Below, piece by piece: positions 57,296-64,000 of a stretch of 64,000 nt of DNA. The DNA is from the human T2T-CHM13v2.0 reference genome, Homo sapiens. Location: NCBI RefSeq assembly GCF_009914755.1, contig NC_060931.1; one strand, given 5' to 3'. Position 1 is the stretch's first letter, and each line of letters starts with the position of its first letter. The notes under the pieces are model-generated. The model was not told the DNA's origin. It made no database searches and saw only the letters and a list, made by a program, of their open reading frames with translations. The translations under genes and the position numbers were made by a program.

Positions 57296-57510
57296 CAGAT
57301 GCTCCTCAACTTACGATGGGGTTACATCCTGATAAACCCATCATAAGTTAAATATGTGTTTTTGACTTGAAGGATATTTTCAGCTTACAGTGGGTTCATT
57401 GGAACGTAACCCCATCATAAGTTGAGGAAGGTACTGAATGTGTATTGCTTTTGTACCATCTTAAAGTTCAAAAATTGTAAGTCTAACCATTGTATGTTGG
57501 AGACCAACTC
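57296..57510. mobile_element. MER47/Tigger5-like element with internal palindrome
   Basis: cagatgctcctcaacttacgatggggttacatcctgataaacccatc and its inverted counterpart gtaaccccatcataagttgagga. Confidence 0.7.
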
Positions 57511-57647
57511 TAATGAATATTTCTGTGTACTTCTGCATATATAATATCCTTAGAAAATTAAAATTATCCCACAGTAACCCTCGGAATTTACTGTGGTGCC
57601 CTAGGTACTTTCATACCTAGTTCTGCAAACTATGGGTCTAAATCCTT

Positions 57648-57810
57648 GCTCCTCAAAAAAGTGGTTTGTAGACCAGCAGTAGTGGTATCTCCTAGGAGTA
57701 TGTTGGAAATGGCAGAATCTCCTGCCCCACTCCAGCCTTACTGAGAATCAGACTGCATTTAACAAAATCTTTAGGTGATCATATGATTTTTAACATTTGG
57801 GATACGCTAT
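57648..57810. mobile_element. MER5A-like element
   Basis: gtggtttgtagaccagcag...gcagaatctcctgccccactccagcc...ctgcatttaacaa. Confidence 0.7.
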
Positions 57811-58555
57811 TTTAAAACTGCCTAACCCCAATCATTCAAGGCCGGATTATTATCTCTTCCCTTAATTCATATCTTACTTTCTAGTTGCATTCTTGCATTT
57901 CTTAGTGTTTCTCTTCTACCTTCATTCCTTTCTCCTCTATCAAAGACGAAAGCCCACACATTCTATTAATATGTGGCTTATTTGAAACTTTTCACATGAG
58001 CCCTTCACTGTGAACCCCTAAACTGCAGACATTTTTTGTTGATAGACAATTTTTTTCTTTTTTCTGGTGAGTTCTAGCTTTTATTCTCAGAAGCGTCTGT
58101 TACTCCAAAATGATTGAGAACCAGTGCTTGAGAGAGTTGAGGGCTGTTTCCCATTTATCATGTTGCACTGTTTGAGTTTTTGCCTTTCTCAAACTTGCCA
58201 TTTTTCATATATTATCTTACGTTTTAAATTTAATTTTAATGTGTTTTCTGTTCACAAAAATAGTGTGTGATTACAGTCAATTCATTTTTATCAAGAGAGC
58301 CAAGACAATTCAAGAGGAAAAGAATAGTCTTTGCAACAAATGGTACTGGAAAAACTGTATATGCAGTTCGATGAAAGAATGAAATTAGACTCTTGATTCA
58401 TAGCCTGTGCAGAAATTAACTCAAAATTTGATTTTAAATGTTAAGAGCTAAACTACAAAACTCAAAACATACAGATAAATCTTTACGACTTAGATTAGGC
58501 AGTAGTTTCTTAGATATGACACCAACAGCATAAGCAACAAAGGAAAAAATAGATA

Positions 58556-58793
58556 TAGGTTGACTATCCCTTATCCAAAATGCTTGGGACCAGAAGTATT
58601 TCAGATTTCAGATTTTTTCAGATTTTGGAATATTTGCATTATACTTAACAGTTGAGCACCTCTAATCTGAAAATCCAAAGTCCACAGTGCTTCAGTGAGC
58701 ATTTCCTTTAAGTGTCATCTCAGGGCTTAAAAAGTTTTGGATTTTGGAGCATTTTGCTCTTCAGATTTTTGGATTAAAGATAGTCAGCCTGTA
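58556..58793 (+). mobile_element. Tigger4a-like MITE
   Basis: taggttgactatcccttatccaaaatgcttgggaccagaagt...gatagtcagcctgta. Confidence 0.85.
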
Positions 58794-59057
58794 ATTGAAT
58801 ATGTCATCAAAAGGATTAAATGAATCTTTGCTGTTCCATTTAAAATTTTTTATACACAGTTATTTCCAACAGATAATATATAGCTGGTTGGCATCTCTTA
58901 ATTCTGAATATTCACTTTTCTATACCATATTAGTATAATACCTTTCATATAGTAGAGGCTTTTAAAATGTTATTAATGAGTTTAAAGAAATGTGTTTGTT
59001 CCATTTTTGCCTATTAAACTATTTAAAATTCAGGCCATCTTAGAAAAGTAATTGTTG

Positions 59058-59360
<303 letters not shown>

Positions 59361-59364
59361 TAGT

Positions 59365-60680
59365 TAATTTTTTGTGATAGCTTGAGATATAATTCACATA
59401 TTATACAATTTGCCATTTAAAGTATACAATTTAGTGGTTTTTAATGTATTCACAGAGCTGTGCAACCATCACCGCATTCAATTTTAGAACATTTTCCTCA
59501 CCAGCAAAAAAAACCCTGTAGCCTGTAGCGGTTAACCTCTTCCCATTTATTCCCACCAGCCCAGGAAACCCTCAGTCCACTTTGTTTATAGATTCGTCTG
59601 TTCTGCATAGTAATATAAGTCAAATCATAAAATTGTTATCTTTTGTGACTGGTTTCTTTCACTTAGCATGTTTTCAAAGTTATCCATGTTTTAGTATGCA
59701 TCCATGTTTAACATGAAGAATGGGTTTTATTCTTGTTTGTTTGGGTGGTTAGATTGAGCATCCAAAATCCGAAACTGAGTGCTGACATGATACTCAAAGG
59801 AAATGCTTACTGGAGCATTTTGGATTTTCAAATTTGGGATGTTCAGCTGGCAAGCGTAATGAAGTATTACAAAATCTGAGAAAGTCTGAAATCTGAAACA
59901 CTTCTGTTCCCAAGCATTTTGGATAAGGGGGACTCAACCTGTCCCACATTTTGTTTACCCATTCATGTGTTAGACATTTGGGTTATTTCACCTTTTGGCT
60001 ATGGCATACGTGCTTTTGTTTTCATACCTTTTTACTTCTTTGGGGAAAGTGGAATTACTAGGTCAGTTCCACTAGCAACTGCTGTAGTGGAAATCCTAGG
60101 AGTGGAACTGCTGGGTCATGTGGTAACTCTTATGTTTACCTAAACCTTTTGAAAAACTGCCCGATTGTTTTCCCCAGTGGCTGCATGACTCTACATTCCC
60201 ATCAGTAGTGTATGAGGGTTCCACTTACTCCACATCCTCAGCCACACTTGTTACTTGTCTTTGTGAAATGGTTCATCATTGTGATTTTGATTTGCATTTT
60301 CCTGGTGGTTAATGATGTTAAGCATCTTTCATGTGCTTGCTGGCCATTTGTATATCCTCTTTGGAAGAATATCTGTTCAAATCCTTCTGCTGTTTTCAAA
60401 TTGGGCCCCTTATCAGATAATAGGGTTTGCATATATGTCTCCCATTCTGTGGGTTGTCTTCACTTTTACGATGGTGCTCTTTGCAGCACAAAACTTTTTA
60501 GTTTTAGTGAAGCTGAATTTATGTTATTTTGTTGCTTATACTTTTGTTATACCTAAGAAACCATGGTCTCTCCAAGGTTTTTAATTTACTCGTATGTTTT
60601 CTTGTAAGGGCTTTATAGTTTTAGCTCTTATATTTGGTTTTTGGTCTATTTTGAGTTAATTTTTGAATATGGAGCAAAGT
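59365..60680 (-). mobile_element. L1M 3' fragment containing a second Tigger4a-like MITE (59750-59942) in opposite orientation to the first
   Basis: gagatataattcacatattatacaatt...; MITE ends cccaagcattttggataagggggactcaacctg. Confidence 0.75.
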
Positions 60681-60782
60681 AAAGCTTTTGAAAACTAACA
60701 GATGTGCAAAATTATTTTTAATTTTTGAATATGGAGCAAAGTAAAACTTTTGAAAACTAATAGAGATTTGCAAAATTATTTT
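60656..60782 (+). repeat. Tandem duplication, ~62-bp unit
   Basis: ttaatttttgaatatggagcaaagtaaa(g/a)cttttgaaaactaa...tgcaaaattattt occurs twice (starts 60656 and 60718). Confidence 0.92.
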
Positions 60783-61329
60783 CTTTCTGATTTTAAATGC
60801 TTTTAAATTAGATAAATTATATATAGTTCAATGTTATTTCTTCATTGATATATTACTAGAAATGAATGTCTGGCAAAGCATAAGCAATAACATCTCATAA
60901 GAAGAGGAGGAATACTGACTAATACTGTATAGTAATACAAAGTTTTGAGGGGCAAAGAGATATTCTCTTGTTTTAAATAAAAGTTACCCAGAGTCATTGG
61001 ATACTCTCTTTTCTCTTATGCATTGATTTTGGCCTTAGCAAATATGTAAATTTCTTAAAGTGTGAATACTCTTGAACTAAAGTAATAATTATCAACTTAG
61101 TAAGAGTTTTGTTAAGTGGTGAAACTTTTCTTCCTCAATATTAATTACTAATTCCTGAATGATAACTAAATATTTCAATTAGTAGTTCCTAGCAAAGGTA
61201 GAATTACAACACAGTTTGGGAAATGCTAAGTAGAGAGTCCCACAGTCTGGATACTGATGATACAGATTATGTAACTCAGTCATTTACCCCTGAGTATGTA
61301 TTGCCATAACTTGATCATGATAGATGGCA

Positions 61330-61908
61330 TTTTTTTTATTGTGGTAGAATAAATATAAAATTTGCCATCTTAGCCATTTTTAAGCATATAGTTCTGTAAT
61401 GTTAACTTTACTGCTGTGCAGCCAATCTCTGGAAACTCTTCATCTTGTAAAACTGAACTCCTTACCCATTAAACAACAACTCCCATTCCCTCTTCCTCCA
61501 GTCCCTGAAAACCACCAGTAATTTGAATTTGACTACTCTGGGTACCTTATGTAAGTGGAATCATATAGTATTTGTCTTTTTGCGAGTGGCTTATTTCACT
61601 TAGCATAATGACTTCAAGGTTCATCCATGTTGTAAACATGTATCAGAATTTCATTCCTTTTGAATAAGGGTAAATAATATTCCACCCTATGGATATATGC
61701 CACATTTTGTTTATCCGTGCATATATCAATAGACATTTGGGTTGTTTCTACCTTTTGACTATTGTGAATAATGCTGCTATGAACATGGGTTCGTGATTGA
61801 ACATATCTGTTCAAGTCCTTGCTTTTAGTTCTTTTGGGCATATACCCTGAAGTAGAATTGCTGGATAATATGGTAATTTTATTTTTAATTTTTTGAGGAA
61901 CTACCATG
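61330..61908 (-). mobile_element. L1MB-like 3' end
   Basis: Antisense L1 3' UTR; minus-strand ORF 61614-61907 is L1-derived. Confidence 0.8.
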
Positions 61909-61989
61909 TATGATCATGATTGCATTTTGAAGTTAGTGTGATCTAACCCTAATTTATTTTCCAACAGGTTATAACCCCCTTTACCATCA

Positions 61990-62282
61990 GGCCAGGCAGG
62001 TGACTCATGTCTGTAATCTCATCACTTTTGGGGAGGCCAAGGTGGGAGGACTGCTTGAGCCCAGGAGTTTGAGACCAGCCTGGGTAACATAGTGAGATCC
62101 TGTCTCTTAAAAAAAATACCGAGTGTGGTGGTACACGCCGGTAGTCCTAGCTACCTGGGAGGCTGAGATGGGAGGATTGCTGGAGTCCAGGAGGTCATGG
62201 CTGCAGTGATCCATGATCGTGCCACTGCACTCCTGGGTGACAGAGCAAGACCTTGTCTCAAAAAAAAAAAAAAAAAAAAAAA
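61990..62282 (+). mobile_element. Alu (AluJ-like)
   Basis: Dimer with A-tail. Confidence 0.93.
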
Positions 62283-64000
62283 TTACTGTTCAAATGTCCA
62301 AGGTGGTCGTATGCTTTTAATAAGAAAACAAGAATGTTTTTGTACAGAGTATATCCTGAGCAGATAATGAGAAGTTTTTGAGTTTCAAATTGAATGTCAG
62401 TTTATCGTAGCTTGTTTCCTTTGCTTAAAAACCAGTTTGTAATGGAAAGAGTATTGTGCTGATGGGTGTAAACATAGATGAAAACAATAGGGCGTTTAGA
62501 TCTTTAAATGGATTAAAGTAATATTAATAAAAGTTTTCTGAAAAGGTATTTCTTAAAATTTGGAACTGTTCATAAATATATTTCAGTACAGTATTCTCAA
62601 TAAAATTTGCTTACAAGATTATTTTAGTAGTTTAGCTAAAATACTAGGTGGTGATATTTTAAAATGTGCTGTTAAACCCTTTGGGTTTGTAAGTTTCAGT
62701 GCTGAAACTGATAATTTAATAATTTGGGGTAGAAATATTTCTAAAACAGAATGCATGATTCTCTGGCTTTCCATGCTTTCATTTAATATAACCTTGATGA
62801 TTAAGGTTTATTTAAAAAATCAGTGTTACATGGTGTCATATTCTTTTAAGATGTATAGTAAGGCTGTGTGATCTATTACTAATAGTGAAATGCCTAACAT
62901 TGGATATTTCAAGTTCTTGTCTTGCTTTTCTTTTTCCCAGTAGCTTTTTTTTTTTTTTAACTGTCAGTCGGCCTGCTTTAAAAGCTTCATTTCCAAATTA
63001 AAGTATTTTTAATCTACTGTGGTTTTGAAACTAATTAACCAGGCTTGTTGAGTAAAATAGAATAAATGTATTCTCGAGTGAAGATTTCACTCATCATTTT
63101 GCCTGTCAATATCATGAGAGACTTTATTATATGTATTGGCTCCTTAGAGTGCTTACTGCATACTCTCTGATTTCAACCTATGCTCTGGGTAGATGGTTCA
63201 TGTTTTATTTCATGAGAACTTATTGTTTCTCATTATAACATGTAGAATTATACTCTTGAGCCCCTCTCCCCTTTTATTAGGTAATAGGTGGTAGAAGATA
63301 ACAGAATAATCGGGTTATCATTGCCAAATTATATATGACTTAGAAAGTATAAATTACTTCTACCTTTTTTCCCCTCCAGGTATTTAACGAGCAGGGTTAA
63401 CATGTCTGACAGTTTGTCTGAGTCTGGAACCTTAGCTACAAACTCTACTGTTAGCTGATTCATGGAAGCAGTAAATTGGTGTAGGCTGTTAGCTATTATA
63501 AAACAGGAAAAGGAGGTTATGAGACTTTTGGTTCCATTACATTTTTGGCCCCTAGAAAATTGTATTCTATTTTAAATATTTGTCGTTAAAAATTCTAAAA
63601 AATATAATATCAAGACCTGCCCCATTTTATCTTTTCCAATTATTTTCTTCAGCATTTCAATATTTTGGATTTTTTTTTCAAAGATGAGTGAGAAAATTTT
63701 GTTCCTTATCACTGTTTTGTAGTTATTTAAGTATACTCAGTGTTTCAAAGATTGTTGCTGGGAGGCCTAAATCTGGGAGCTAGAGTAACCTGGCACAAAA
63801 TCAGAATTCACTGTCCTACATACTAAGCTCAGCAGATTCAACTACTTTCTCATCTTCCTTCTTTGTATCTACAGACTTAAAAGCTGTCTGGATTTTAGTT
63901 ACTTGATTGAATTTTTGAAGTATATAAAGTATTCGTGTTTTATCTCCCAATTTAATCCCCCATTAGGTTATCTGTCCCGTTTTCCTTTTGCTCAGTTATA

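Noticed and set aside
62911-62967. Strong acceptor-like tract as the next TAX1BP1 exon
   Set aside because: Downstream sequence does not encode the expected EDENVP... continuation; the remaining exons lie beyond the window.

Overview
Primate (human-like) genomic DNA from the middle of TAX1BP1, the selective-autophagy receptor and A20 adaptor, on the + strand. Twelve coding exons with GT-AG boundaries splice into one open frame covering about residues 89-695 of the 789-aa protein as I recall it: SKICH C-terminal half, LVV LIR, coiled coils and the pre-UBZ linker. The first exons and the UBZ exons lie outside the window. Exon and residue numbers are from recall. Introns are AT-rich and dense in Alu, old L1, Tigger/Charlie DNA transposons and LTR remnants. 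The most unusual item is a 575-bp two-template insertion (51428-52002) that splits an Alu arm at microhomologies. It copies 56846-57160 inverted and 47846-48102 direct, creating a ~97% identical non-Alu inverted repeat around the last two exons here, a frame-neutral unit. Also seen: an in-frame 72-nt cassette exon missing from the ORF track, a 126-nt alternative donor, a CAGCAG acceptor, a truncated U2 retrocopy, a strong CTCF motif, and candidate intronic polyA and poison-exon signals. Repeat subfamily calls and boundaries are by eye and approximate.
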